Origin: Acidobacteriota bacterium
GTDB taxonomy: Bacteria > Acidobacteriota > UBA6911 > RPQK01 > CBDAPI01
NCBI GenBank assembly: GCA_965205615.1
Contig: CBDBHK010000035.1
Span: 17,495 to 81,494, forward strand
Length of the DNA: 64,000 nt
Direction: 5' to 3'
Of this stretch, positions 39,874 through 49,337 are shown piece by piece (position 1 is the stretch's first letter; the number at the start of each line of letters is the position of its first letter). Under the pieces are notes generated by a model, which ran no database searches, was not told where the DNA came from, and saw nothing but the letters and a program-made list of their open reading frames with translations. Made by a program: the position numbers and the translations under genes.

Positions 39874-40096
39874 GCGGTTTCCGCACAACAGGGCGGTGCG
39901 GCCAACCGGTTCCCGGCTCACACCCGAAAGTTCCCAGGTTAACGTCGTATAATGAATATTATGTCAAGTATTATGTGGAATGAACTGCTTTCTACGGAAC
40001 CCGTAGTCCCGTTAAAAAGGACTTACCGGAAGCTATTTAGGTGCTGAGGCCTGTGGTGGTGTCCAGGAAGAAAGGTTGCCGGGCGACGGCGGTGGG

Positions 40097-40582
40097 CTAC
40101 ATCTCGTACTTGCCGAGGTCTTCAGGATTCAGGTTCTCGAGCCACTCTCGAACGTCCTTGGGGTCGAGTTCCTCGCGGTCCAGTGCCAGACTCCGACTGT
40201 TAGCGATGACCTGTTCTGTAACAAAAATGGGGGCATCCGTGCGCAATGCCAGCGCGATGGCGTCGCTGGGCCGGCTGTCAATGGTGGTGGGCGCGCCCTC
40301 CATGTCCATGTGGATCATGGCGAAAAACGTGTTCTCCTTGAGTTGTGTAACGACGATTTTCTTTATTTCTGCGCCCAGGTGCAGGAGGACGTTCTTGAGC
40401 AGATCGTGGGTCATGGGCCGCGGTGTGTCGATTCTTTCGATCTGAAGCGCAATCGCGTTGGCCTCAAAAATGCCGACCCAGATCGGCAGCAGAGTCGTTC
40501 CCTCCAGGTCCTGCAGAATCACGATGGGCGAGTTCGTCGCCGGATCCATCATGAGGCCTTTAATCTTGAATTCCTTTTCCAT
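40097..40582 (-). CDS. bifunctional nuclease (BFN/DUF151) family protein
   Basis: KIKGLMMDPATNSPIVILQDLEGTTLLPIWVGIFEANAIALQIE...RPMTHDLL. The ATG at 40582 is chosen inside the longer ORF. The gene follows miaB. Confidence 0.75.
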   Translation of the reverse strand: MEKEFKIKGLMMDPATNSPIVILQDLEGTTLLPIWVGIFEANAIALQIERIDTPRPMTHDLLKNVLLHLGAEIKKIVVTQLKENTFFAMIHMDMEGAPTTIDSRPSDAIALALRTDAPIFVTEQVIANSRSLALDREELDPKDVREWLENLNPEDLGKYEM

Positions 40583-40604
40583 TTTCCCTTTTTTTCCTTC
40601 TGGA

Positions 40605-41948
40605 TCAGACCGCCATGGCGGTCGTCCGCTCGCCTCTGAGACTGTTTGGACCGGCAGCCGAAATACGGATGTCGACGAGAGTTCCCGGCTTCTCACGGCC
40701 CGGGAAGTTGACAACCCGGTTGGTGGTGGTGCGACCGAAGAGATGAACGCCGTCTCTGGCCGTTCCTTCAACCAGCACCGGAAGGATTCGGTCCACGTAA
40801 CGCTCCTGATTCAGCCGCAGCTGAATTCCTTTTTGCAGCCGCTGCAGGATCATGAGCCGACGGGTCTTCTCGGCCTCCCCGACTTCCTCCCATTCCCTGG
40901 CTTCGGTCAGGGGACGCGCGGAGTACTTGAAGGAAAACATGCTTTCAAATCCTACTGTCTCCACCAGCTCCAGTGTACGCTGGAAGTCCTCTTCGTCTTC
41001 TCCTGGAAACCCGACGATGATGTCGGTGGAAAAAGCCACCGGGCGGCCACATTTTCTGAACTTTTCGACCAGTTCCAGGAATTTCTCACTCGTATACTGC
41101 CGACGCATCCGGCGTAACACGCGATCCGACCCGGACTGGAGGGGCAGGTGAACCTGGTTACAGACCACGTTGGATTCGCCGATCACGGCAACCGCTTCAT
41201 CGTCGAACTCTCTGGGATGGGGCGAGGTGAAGCGCAGTCTTTGCAGTCCCGGGATCGAGGCCACGTCTCGCAGAAGCCCGGCAAACCGGTACCTCGGGCT
41301 GTCCGGGTTTCGGTAAGCGTTGACCGTCTGTCCGAGCAGCAGGATCTCAACGTAGTCGGCGTCGACGGCGCGGCGGGCCTCATCCAGAATCCGTGCTGCG
41401 GGCCGATTCCGCTCGCGGCCTCGCGTGAAAGGCACGATGCAGAAGCTGCAGTGCTTGTTACAGCCTTCCATGATCGTGATGTTGGCCCGGAAGCCGTTGC
41501 TCCGGACAGGAGCGGCCATTTCGACGGGGGCCGGATCCTCCAGGAAGCGGGTCTTGACCCGGCCGGATCCCGCAGTACCGGGTGCCTCCAGCTCAATTTC
41601 GTCCAGGAGATCAGGAATCGTGTGGTACTGATGGGTGCCGACGACCAGGTCCACAAAGGGGGCCTTGCGGGCCATCTCGACCCCTTCCTGCTGGGCGACA
41701 CAACCGACAACACCGATCAGAAACCCGGGCTGCCGGGCTTTGCGTTGCCGGACTTCGCCGAGTCGGCTGTACACCTTCTGGGCGGCTTTCTCGCGGACAC
41801 TGCAGGTGTTCAAGAGCACCAGGTCGGCCTGCTCCGGGGACCCCACGGGCACCATGCCACGATGACAGAGCAGTCCGCTGATCTTCTCGGAGTCGTGCTC
41901 ATTCATCTGGCAGCCAAAGGTCTCGATGAAAAAGTTGCGCGCTCTCAT
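40605..41948 (-). CDS. miaB: tRNA-i6A37 methylthiotransferase
   Basis: N-terminal FIETFGCQMNEHDSE, radical-SAM CNKHCSFCIVP and a C-terminal TRAM domain. Confidence 0.9.
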   Translation of the reverse strand: MRARNFFIETFGCQMNEHDSEKISGLLCHRGMVPVGSPEQADLVLLNTCSVREKAAQKVYSRLGEVRQRKARQPGFLIGVVGCVAQQEGVEMARKAPFVDLVVGTHQYHTIPDLLDEIELEAPGTAGSGRVKTRFLEDPAPVEMAAPVRSNGFRANITIMEGCNKHCSFCIVPFTRGRERNRPAARILDEARRAVDADYVEILLLGQTVNAYRNPDSPRYRFAGLLRDVASIPGLQRLRFTSPHPREFDDEAVAVIGESNVVCNQVHLPLQSGSDRVLRRMRRQYTSEKFLELVEKFRKCGRPVAFSTDIIVGFPGEDEEDFQRTLELVETVGFESMFSFKYSARPLTEAREWEEVGEAEKTRRLMILQRLQKGIQLRLNQERYVDRILPVLVEGTARDGVHLFGRTTTNRVVNFPGREKPGTLVDIRISAAGPNSLRGERTTAMAV

Positions 41949-42018
41949 GGTCCTCCGCTGCTTCCCGTTATCATGTCCTGGGCCCGAAGCCCGGACCTAT
42001 GACCGGCCCACTGAAATT

Positions 42019-43704
42019 CTAACTGATTGTCGAATTCGACGTCGCGTTCCCTCTTTCCAGCAACTCGGCGGCCTGGGCCAGGGTGATCTCGCTGACCTGA
42101 TCTCCGGCCAGCATGCGGGCCAGTTCCCTTCTTCTCTGAGGCTGGCCCAGCTTCGAGACGCGGACCTCGGTTCGGCCTTCAGCCTGGACCTTGCCGACAT
42201 GGAAGTGCTGGTCGGCTCGAGCCGCTATTTGAGGAAGATGGGTCACGCACAGGACCTGATGGTTACGAGAGACGCCGGCCAGCTGCGAGGCCACGGCCGA
42301 TGCAGTTCTTCCCCCGATACCTGCATCGATTTCGTCAAAAATCAGCGTTTTGGAGAACTCATCGACATTGGCGATGGATTTGAGGGCGAGGGCGATCCTG
42401 GACAACTCGCCTCCGGAGGCGATCTGGGAAATGGGGCGGGGGTCTTCGCCCGGATTAGTGCTCAAATGGAAGGCGACCGAATCGATTCCCCGGGGTCCGG
42501 GTTCCGCGGCGCCCACGACAACATTGAACCGGCACTTCTCCATGGCCAGGGTTCTCAGCTCGGACTCGGCTCTGGAAGCCAGCTCGCTCCCCGCCTTGCT
42601 CCGCTTTGCCGAAAGCCGTGTAGCCCTTCTCTGGAAGGTTCCGTGAAGGTGCTCCTCCCTGGCCGCAAGCTCCTCTTTCCTGGAATCAGAGTCAAGGAGA
42701 ATCTCGAGTCTTTCCCGGAGTTCGTTCCTCACCTCTATCAGCTCTTGCGCGGAGTGTCTCTGGTAGCGTCGGCGGGCCCGCTGCAGCGTGGAGATCCTTG
42801 CCTCTGTCTTTTCCAGACGGTCCGGGTCCAGTTGGATCGCCTGGCCATGGTCTCTCAGGGTGTACGAGATCTCCGTTAGTTGAAGGCGGGCATCCCCGAT
42901 CTGCTCGGCCAGTACCCCCTGGGCCGCGTCCAGTTCCGCGAGCCGGGCGGCCTCCTGCTCTGCTCGACTGAGGAGCGACAGCACGGAGGGTTCACCCTCG
43001 TAGAGGATCTGGTGGGCACTCAGTGAGCACCTGGCTCTAGTGTCTGCCGTAGCCAGCAGGCGCCTCTCGTTTTCCAGTTCCCGGCCCAGACCGGGACGGA
43101 GCCCCAGCTGCTCCAGTTTCCCGAGCTGAAAACGGATCTCTTCCATTTCCTCGAGTCTTGCCCGGTCGCTGGTCTTCAGCTCAGCCAGTGACCCTCGGAT
43201 TCGGGCCAGCCGGCGGTGGGCCCGGCTCACCCCGGACCTCAGGCTCTGATGCCCGGCAAATACGTCCAGATAATCGAGCTGGGCCCGGGATTGCAAAAGG
43301 CCGTGACGATCGTGCTGCCCGTGGATGTCCGCAAGCGATGTCCCCAGTTGAGCCAGAAATCGCTGTGTCGAGAGCACGCCGTTCACGAACACTTTGCTGC
43401 CGGTCGGCGAGATGACTCGCCTGATGACAATTTCCTGGCCCTCCACCGCTATTTCCTGACCGGCCAACAGCCGAATCGCCGGGTGCTCCGACTCAACCCG
43501 AAAAATCCCCTGAATCGAAGCAGAGTCGGATCCCGCGCGAATCAGGTCCAGCGAGGCACGATCACCGATCAACTGCGCCACGGCATCGATCAGAATAGAT
43601 TTGCCTGATCCGGTTTCTCCGGTCAGCAGGTTCAGGCCCGGAGCGAATTCGACCTCCAGCCGATCAATGAGGGCAAAGTCTCGGATCGCAAGGAACTGGA
43701 GCAT
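42019..43704 (-). CDS. recN: DNA repair protein RecN
   Basis: Walker A LTGETGSGKSILIDA, long coiled coils, and C-terminal SGGELSRIALALK / LIFDEIDAGIGG. Confidence 0.9.
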   Translation of the reverse strand: MLQFLAIRDFALIDRLEVEFAPGLNLLTGETGSGKSILIDAVAQLIGDRASLDLIRAGSDSASIQGIFRVESEHPAIRLLAGQEIAVEGQEIVIRRVISPTGSKVFVNGVLSTQRFLAQLGTSLADIHGQHDRHGLLQSRAQLDYLDVFAGHQSLRSGVSRAHRRLARIRGSLAELKTSDRARLEEMEEIRFQLGKLEQLGLRPGLGRELENERRLLATADTRARCSLSAHQILYEGEPSVLSLLSRAEQEAARLAELDAAQGVLAEQIGDARLQLTEISYTLRDHGQAIQLDPDRLEKTEARISTLQRARRRYQRHSAQELIEVRNELRERLEILLDSDSRKEELAAREEHLHGTFQRRATRLSAKRSKAGSELASRAESELRTLAMEKCRFNVVVGAAEPGPRGIDSVAFHLSTNPGEDPRPISQIASGGELSRIALALKSIANVDEFSKTLIFDEIDAGIGGRTASAVASQLAGVSRNHQVLCVTHLPQIAARADQHFHVGKVQAEGRTEVRVSKLGQPQRRRELARMLAGDQVSEITLAQAAELLERGNATSNSTIS

Positions 43705-43873
43705 TTCGACTTTCTTCGCTTGACCTGCATCATCTCAGAAGAGGATGGCAGTGGCCGGCAGTCTTCGTGACAGACCGCGCGCGACGTTCACCATGGACTG
43801 CTATGGTATCCTAGTGGAATCCTCGGGTACAATGCGTCTCGCTGGTTGAGGATGTTCCGCAGCGGTCGGGTGA

Positions 43874-44554
43874 ATGGTAACTCTCCAGGCATTTGGAAAC
43901 CTCTGGTCTCTGATCACCAACAGCGGCTTCGTTGCGCAGCTGGTCCTCCTGATTCTTCTCGGTTTCTCCATCCTCTCCTGGGCCATCATCTACAGGAAAT
44001 ACCGTCTTTTTAAAGAGGCTAGAAAGCAGTCCCAGGCCTTCCATTCCCACTTTCGGGCCGGCTCCAGCCTTTCGGCCATCCAGGATGATTGCGAGCGCTT
44101 TCCGAGGGCGCCGCTGGCCGGAGTTTTCAGAGCTGCCTACCTGGAGTTGCAGCAACAGCTCGAGGCCCGGGGTGACGCAACCGTGGTCCGCAACTGGAAC
44201 GGGATCCAGCGTTCCATGCAGCGTGCGGCTCAGATCGAGATGACGGCCCTGGAAGATTCCTTGACCTGGCTCGCTACGACGGCTGCGGTAACGCCCTTTA
44301 TCGGACTCTTCGGCACCGTAATCGGGATCATCAACGCCTTTCAGGGCCTGGGAGAGGGGTCAACGACAACCATCCAGGCCGTGGCTCCGGGCATCAGTGA
44401 AGCGCTCGTCGCCACGGCAGCCGGGCTGTTTGCCGCAATTCCGGCCCTCATCGCCTACAACCAGTTTCTGGGCGACCTGAAAGTATTTGGTACGGAAATG
44501 GATGATTTTTCAATTGAACTGCTCAACCTTCTGGAAAGAAGCTTCAGTGGCTGA
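43874..44554 (+). CDS. tolQ: Tol-Pal system protein TolQ (MotA/TolQ/ExbB channel)
   Basis: 3-TM ExbB-like protein with the TTAAVTPFIGLFGTVIGIINAF motif. First gene of the tol-pal cluster. Confidence 0.85.
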   Translation: MVTLQAFGNLWSLITNSGFVAQLVLLILLGFSILSWAIIYRKYRLFKEARKQSQAFHSHFRAGSSLSAIQDDCERFPRAPLAGVFRAAYLELQQQLEARGDATVVRNWNGIQRSMQRAAQIEMTALEDSLTWLATTAAVTPFIGLFGTVIGIINAFQGLGEGSTTTIQAVAPGISEALVATAAGLFAAIPALIAYNQFLGDLKVFGTEMDDFSIELLNLLERSFSG

Positions 44555-44593
44555 GATGGTGAAACGGGAGCAGCGGGGAGGAGGAGAATAAGG

Positions 44594-45019
44594 ATGGCGT
44601 TTGGGGCTTCGCCGGGCACTCGGACCTCCCTGTCTGAAATCAACGTGACACCTCTGGTGGATGTGATGCTGGTCCTGCTCATCATTTTCATGGTGACCGC
44701 CCCCATTCTTCAAACCGGGATCGAGGTCAATCTTCCTCAGACCCGCAGCGTGAAAACGGTCGATCCCGAGAATCTGGCAGTCGTGACGATTGGTCGGGAG
44801 GAGATCCTTTATTACCGCTCGGAGCCCATCCGTTTCAGCTCTCTGGGCGACCGCCTCCGGGAAGATGTCGCCGAGCAGGACGAGTTGATCTACGTAAGGG
44901 CCGACGAGGATGTTCGGGTGAAAACACTGTTTCAGGTCCTGGACGAGATTCGGGTGTCCGGATTCGAGAACGTCTCTCTGGTCACCAGACCCCTGGAGTC
45001 TTCTGCTGGAAGGCCATAG
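44594..45019 (+). CDS. tolR: Tol-Pal system protein TolR (ExbD family)
   Basis: INVTPLVDVMLVLLIIFMV is the ExbD/TolR signature. The gene follows tolQ. Confidence 0.85.
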   Translation: MAFGASPGTRTSLSEINVTPLVDVMLVLLIIFMVTAPILQTGIEVNLPQTRSVKTVDPENLAVVTIGREEILYYRSEPIRFSSLGDRLREDVAEQDELIYVRADEDVRVKTLFQVLDEIRVSGFENVSLVTRPLESSAGRP

Positions 45020-45053
45020 CAGCCACGGGCTGCTCGTATCGAGCAACGAGTGA

Positions 45054-45824
45054 ATGAGAAAAACGACCCTGCGCCCTCACATCCGGGAGCCCAAAGGCCG
45101 GCGGCCCCTGCTGGTTTCAGTTGCCGCGCACGTGGGGCTTCTGGCCTCCATGACCCTGGGGTCTACGCTCTGGCAGGCCCCCCTCGAGCTGCAGGCCGGG
45201 GCCCCCGGCCTGCCCGGTTCAGGCAGCGCTATGCCTGTCAAACTGACCGCCGAGCTGACCGGTGGTGCATTCAATGTGGCGCCGGCCCTGACCCCGGCTC
45301 CTGAGGCCGTCAAGCCGGCGCCGCGCCGGGAATCGGAACAGGCGGTGGAACTGACGAAATTCGCTGACCCCAACCGGGATTTGCGGAAAGAATCCAGAGA
45401 CGCGCCGCCTCCGCCCGATCCCGCATACAGCCAGGATCCCGCTCCGGGAACGATTCCAGCTGAAGCCCGGCCGGGCGTCGGCGGACGGCCCGGAGGAGCA
45501 AGCACCGGCCTGCACATCGGCACGGGCCCGGGAGGTGGAGTCGCGGGCTGGTACGTCCGCCAGCTGGAGCAGCGCATCGCCAGAAACTGGCTGAAGTCCT
45601 CCCTCGGGGATGTCACGGCACGGGTCGTCACCAGAATCAGCTTTACGATCGGGCGGGACGGTCAGATCCAGGACCTTCAGATAGTCGAGTCCAGCGGGAA
45701 CCGGAGTGTCGATCGCGCGGCCCGGCGAGCCATACGAGCCAGTAGTCCCCTTCCCCCCCTGCCGGTGGAGCTAAGAGGACGGCGGGTCGAGTTTGTCGCT
45801 TACTTCGAGTATCCCCCAGGATAG
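45054..45824 (+). CDS. TolA-like energy transducer with a TonB-type C-terminal domain
   Basis: N-terminal TM, a Pro/Ala-rich linker, and a C-terminal TonB_C-like domain (ISFTIGRDGQIQDLQIVESSGNRSVDRAARRAIRASSPLPPLP). It occupies the position of tolA. Confidence 0.7.
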   Translation: MRKTTLRPHIREPKGRRPLLVSVAAHVGLLASMTLGSTLWQAPLELQAGAPGLPGSGSAMPVKLTAELTGGAFNVAPALTPAPEAVKPAPRRESEQAVELTKFADPNRDLRKESRDAPPPPDPAYSQDPAPGTIPAEARPGVGGRPGGASTGLHIGTGPGGGVAGWYVRQLEQRIARNWLKSSLGDVTARVVTRISFTIGRDGQIQDLQIVESSGNRSVDRAARRAIRASSPLPPLPVELRGRRVEFVAYFEYPPG

Positions 45825-45838
45825 AGGACATCCAGCTG

Positions 45839-47179
45839 ATGAGAGCCCATAAGATCATTCCCTGCTTGACGCTGTTGATTCTGGTTCCGATTGCCGCCCT
45901 GCCCCAGGATGAACGCGTGATCCTGAGCATCGACCCGCCGGTAGTCACCAAACTCGCCGTGTCGCCGTATTACCCGCGTGCCACATCCGGCCCCGAGACC
46001 GAAGAGGCCCTCGAGGTCTTCAACAAGGTCCTCCTGGCCGACCTGAAGTTCTCCAGCTTCTTCGAGATTCCCTCCCCTTCGTTTTATCCCCCCGGCCAGG
46101 CCAAGCTCCCCCAGGAGGTCGATTTTGACCAGTGGGATGCCGCTCCTGTGGATCCCGACTACCTGACCTTCGGAAACCTCCAGGTGTACGCGAGCGGAGT
46201 CGTCGTGGAGGCTTTTGTCTACGATTCCAAGACCCGGGAACAGCTCCTGGGACGTCGTTATACCGTCAGCGAAGCCGGCCTGATCAGGAAGGTGGCCCAT
46301 CAGATAGCCGATCAGATTGTGTACCAGCTGTCGTCGGGAAGCAGTCGCGGCGTCTCCCGGACCCAGATCGCCTTCTCCTCGCTCAAGGGCAACAGCAAGG
46401 AGATCTATGTGATGGACTACGATGGAGCCGATGTCCGGACGATCACCGCCAACGGGGGAATCAACAAGTTTCCTGAATGGGCCAGCGATAACAGCAAGCT
46501 CGTCTTCATCACGAAGCTTCCGCGCAAGAGCAGATGGGAACTGTGGATACAGGATCTCACCGGTGGCCGCACCGTCATCCCTACCCCGACCTCCTATGTT
46601 TCTTCCCCGGCGCTCTCTCCGGACGGTTTGCAAGTCGTGTTCTCGGCCCGGTCCCGGGAAAGAGTCGATTCCGATATCTTTATCTCCAACCTGGACGGGA
46701 GCGAACGCCGTAAACTGACCAATCACTCCTCTATCGATACGTCACCGGCGTGGAGCTCCACTGCCCGCCAGATCTCTTTCGTTTCCGACCGCAGCGGGAC
46801 CCCCCAGATCTGGATGATGGACGCAGACGGGTCTAACCTTCGAAGACTGGTTGATCGGGGTGGACACTGCGACAGCCCCTCCTGGTCTCCGGACGGAGTC
46901 TATCTTCTCTATTCCTGGCAGGCACCCAAGCGTTTCAAACACGACATTTTCGTACTGGAAGCCATGAGTGGTGAGATCGTCCAGATCACGTCGGGGCGCG
47001 GGAGCAATGAAAACCCCCACTGGTCACCGGACGGGCGCCATATCGCCTTTCAAAGCGATCGGAGCGGCTCCAAACAGCTTTTCATAATGAACCTGAACGG
47101 GCAGGGCTTAAAGCAGCTAACGGTCTATGGTATAAACGAGAGTCCCGGCTGGTCTTCTTATGTGCGTGACGTAAGGTGA
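45839..47179 (+). CDS. tolB: Tol-Pal system beta-propeller protein TolB
   Basis: Repeated SPALSPDG, SPAWSSTARQISFVSDRSG, SPSWSPDG and NPHWSPDGRHIAFQSDRSG motifs. Confidence 0.85.
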   Translation: MRAHKIIPCLTLLILVPIAALPQDERVILSIDPPVVTKLAVSPYYPRATSGPETEEALEVFNKVLLADLKFSSFFEIPSPSFYPPGQAKLPQEVDFDQWDAAPVDPDYLTFGNLQVYASGVVVEAFVYDSKTREQLLGRRYTVSEAGLIRKVAHQIADQIVYQLSSGSSRGVSRTQIAFSSLKGNSKEIYVMDYDGADVRTITANGGINKFPEWASDNSKLVFITKLPRKSRWELWIQDLTGGRTVIPTPTSYVSSPALSPDGLQVVFSARSRERVDSDIFISNLDGSERRKLTNHSSIDTSPAWSSTARQISFVSDRSGTPQIWMMDADGSNLRRLVDRGGHCDSPSWSPDGVYLLYSWQAPKRFKHDIFVLEAMSGEIVQITSGRGSNENPHWSPDGRHIAFQSDRSGSKQLFIMNLNGQGLKQLTVYGINESPGWSSYVRDVR

Positions 47180-47214
47180 GTCCAGGGGACCTTTCCTTCC
47201 AGGGAGTAACTTCG

Positions 47215-47973
47215 ATGCGACGCCGTTCCCAGAACCTCTTTATTGCTTTTCTGTTGATTGCCTTTTCCGGATGCACCCAGAAAGGTCCGGTGCGCCCCGA
47301 TCCATCGCCGCCGACGCCACCGGAGGTCGCCGATCCCGTCGACGACCCGGTGCCCCCGACCGTATCTCTGTCGGCCTCACCGAGCACTATTGAAGTGGGA
47401 GAGCAAACGACCTTGAGCTGGGCCTCCCAGAACGGGACGTCGCTGGTGATTGACAGCGGCATCGGCAATGTCCGGCCATCCGGAGAGATCGTGGTGAGTC
47501 CCTCCAATTCGACCACCTACACGGCTATCGTAACGGGGAGAGGAGGGGAGGCCCGGGCCAGCAGCCGGGTCACGGTTCTGGAGCCCCGAGAAGATCCCGT
47601 TACCGCCACCGACGCCAGGGAACTGGGACGCCTGATTCGCGAGGGTACGGTGCAGCCGGTGTACTTCTCCTACGACAAGGCTCAGTTGACCGCCGCGGCG
47701 AAGGCGACGCTACAGAAGAATGCGCTCCTTTTCAGAGAGTATCCTGATGCGAGTCTGATCGTGGAGGGACACTGTGACGAGCGGGGATCGGAGGAATACA
47801 ACCTGGCGCTGGGAGACCGGCGTGCCATTGCGGTTCGAGACTATCTCCGGCAACTTGGAGTGCAGTCGGGGCGTCTGGAATCTGTCTCATTCGGCGAGGA
47901 GCGACCGGCCGACTCCCGCAAGAACGAAGCAGCCTACGCTCGTAACAGGCGTGCCGACTTCGTCGTCCGCTGA
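47215..47973 (+). CDS. pal: peptidoglycan-associated lipoprotein Pal (OmpA-like) with an extra N-terminal Ig-like segment
   Basis: Lipobox LLIAFSGC. OmpA_C domain VYFSYDKAQLT...EGHCDERGSEEYNLALGDRRA...RNRRADFVV. Confidence 0.85.
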   Translation: MRRRSQNLFIAFLLIAFSGCTQKGPVRPDPSPPTPPEVADPVDDPVPPTVSLSASPSTIEVGEQTTLSWASQNGTSLVIDSGIGNVRPSGEIVVSPSNSTTYTAIVTGRGGEARASSRVTVLEPREDPVTATDARELGRLIREGTVQPVYFSYDKAQLTAAAKATLQKNALLFREYPDASLIVEGHCDERGSEEYNLALGDRRAIAVRDYLRQLGVQSGRLESVSFGEERPADSRKNEAAYARNRRADFVVR

Positions 47974-47994
47974 TTGTTTAACTACCCCACGCTT

Positions 47995-48810
47995 ATGAAG
48001 AAGAACCTGGCGCTCATTCTCTTCCTGATTTCCGGGCCGCTTGCTGCCGGTACCAAAGAAGAAGTCATTCGCCTTCAGAGTGACGTCTTGCAGCTCCAGA
48101 ATCTGGTCAGAACTCTGCACAAGAGTTTCGACGACAACCACGGCTCCAACCAGAGCCTGCTGGAACAGCTCAATGACCAGGTGGCCACCACCAAGCGTCT
48201 TCTCGAGGACCTGGTCAGTGCGATCCGCGCGCAGAAGGCCGAAACGGCTCAGGTGGTGGCCGAATTGCATGACGAGATGCAGAGCATTACGATCAAGTTG
48301 GACGATACCAACAACCGGGTTGCCTCTCTGCACAGAAAGCTGGAGGAGAGTCAGGCACGCAGCCAGGCACTTCGAATGCCCTCTCCTGTGCTCGGTACCG
48401 ACCCCAAACCCGACCAGGTCTACTACCTCGCATATAACGACTACCTGGCCGGCAACTACGAGCTGGCCATCACCGGCTTTCGGGACTTTCTGAGCCAGTA
48501 CACGGAGAGCGAATTAGCCGACAATGCGGCATTCTACCTGGCTATCTGCCACCAGATGCAGGGTCGCTACGAGCAGGCCATTCAGGTGTTTGAGGAAGTG
48601 CTCAACATGTACCCCCAGTCCGATATGGCGCCCAGTGCCTACTACAAGAAAGCCACGACCCAGATGGAGCTGCAGAAGAACGACGAAGCCATTCGAACCC
48701 TCTCCCGCCTCATCAGTCTTTACCCGGATTCCCAGGAAGCCGAGTTGGCCAGGCGGGAGTTGGACGGGCTGGGCGTGGAGGTCATCCAGCCCCCGGAACG
48801 GCGACGTTAA
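47995..48810 (+). CDS. cpoB: Tol-Pal cell-division coordinator CpoB/YbgF (coiled coil plus TPR)
   Basis: Signal peptide, an N-terminal coiled coil, and C-terminal TPR repeats ([20 protein letters not shown]..., [21 protein letters not shown]...). Last gene of the tol-pal cluster. Its TAA overlaps the ssb TAA (TTAA at 48807-48810). Confidence 0.75.
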   Translation: MKKNLALILFLISGPLAAGTKEEVIRLQSDVLQLQNLVRTLHKSFDDNHGSNQSLLEQLNDQVATTKRLLEDLVSAIRAQKAETAQVVAELHDEMQSITIKLDDTNNRVASLHRKLEESQARSQALRMPSPVLGTDPKPDQVYYLAYNDYLAGNYELAITGFRDFLSQYTESELADNAAFYLAICHQMQGRYEQAIQVFEEVLNMYPQSDMAPSAYYKKATTQMELQKNDEAIRTLSRLISLYPDSQEAELARRELDGLGVEVIQPPERRR

Positions 48811-49235
48811 AAAGGAATGTCGTCGTCGGTAATCCCGACTTCCATGTCGTTGGCCGATTCGGAGCCCTTGGTTTCCGCCGGCACGGTCTGACCCTCCCGG
48901 GGTTCCCCATTCCGCCTTCCGCCCAGCATTTTCATGTCCGAGGCTACGATTTCAGTCGTGCGGCGCTGGTTTCCGTCCTTGTCCTTCCAGTCCCGGGTCT
49001 GCAGGCGCCCTTCGATAAAGACCAGGCGTCCCTTGGTCAGGTACTGATTGCAGATCTCGGCCAGCTTGCTCCACACAACGACGTTGTGCCACTCCGTCTT
49101 CTTCTGCGTCTCGCCGCCGCTCCCCCAGCGTTCATCCGTGGCCAGTGAGAAGTTGGCGACGGGGGTTCCCGACCCTGTGTATCGCAACTCGGGATCGCGC
49201 CCGAGCCTTCCCACCAGAATGACTTTATTAACCAT
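48807..49235 (-). CDS. ssb: single-stranded DNA-binding protein
   Basis: [22 protein letters not shown] fold, and an acidic C-terminal tip DDDIPF. The ATG at 49235 is chosen inside the longer ORF. Confidence 0.9.
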   Translation of the reverse strand: MVNKVILVGRLGRDPELRYTGSGTPVANFSLATDERWGSGGETQKKTEWHNVVVWSKLAEICNQYLTKGRLVFIEGRLQTRDWKDKDGNQRRTTEIVASDMKMLGGRRNGEPREGQTVPAETKGSESANDMEVGITDDDIPF

Positions 49236-49280
49236 TGTTCTTTCAACCTCCTGAGAAAATGTCTCTTGCCTATATATAAC

Positions 49281-49337
49281 GCCCGACTCTGAAAAAACAC
49301 GAACCCTGAGGAGGCCTCCCGCTTTCACCTCGGGCTG
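49281..49337 (-). terminator. putative intrinsic terminator after the HtrA-like gene
   Basis: On the minus strand: TAG-CAGCCCGAGGTGAAAGCGGGAGGCCTCCTCAGGG followed by TTCGTGTTTTTTC. It has GC-rich self-complementary segments plus a U6 tract. Confidence 0.35.

Noticed and set aside
40030-40096. SRP (4.5S) RNA-like stretch GGTGCTGAGG...GTCCAGGAAGAAAGGTTGCC
   Set aside because: It only loosely resembles the domain IV consensus (GGUCCGGAAGGAAGCAGCC). It lacks the GGAA tetraloop closed by CC/GG and a complementary 3' arm.
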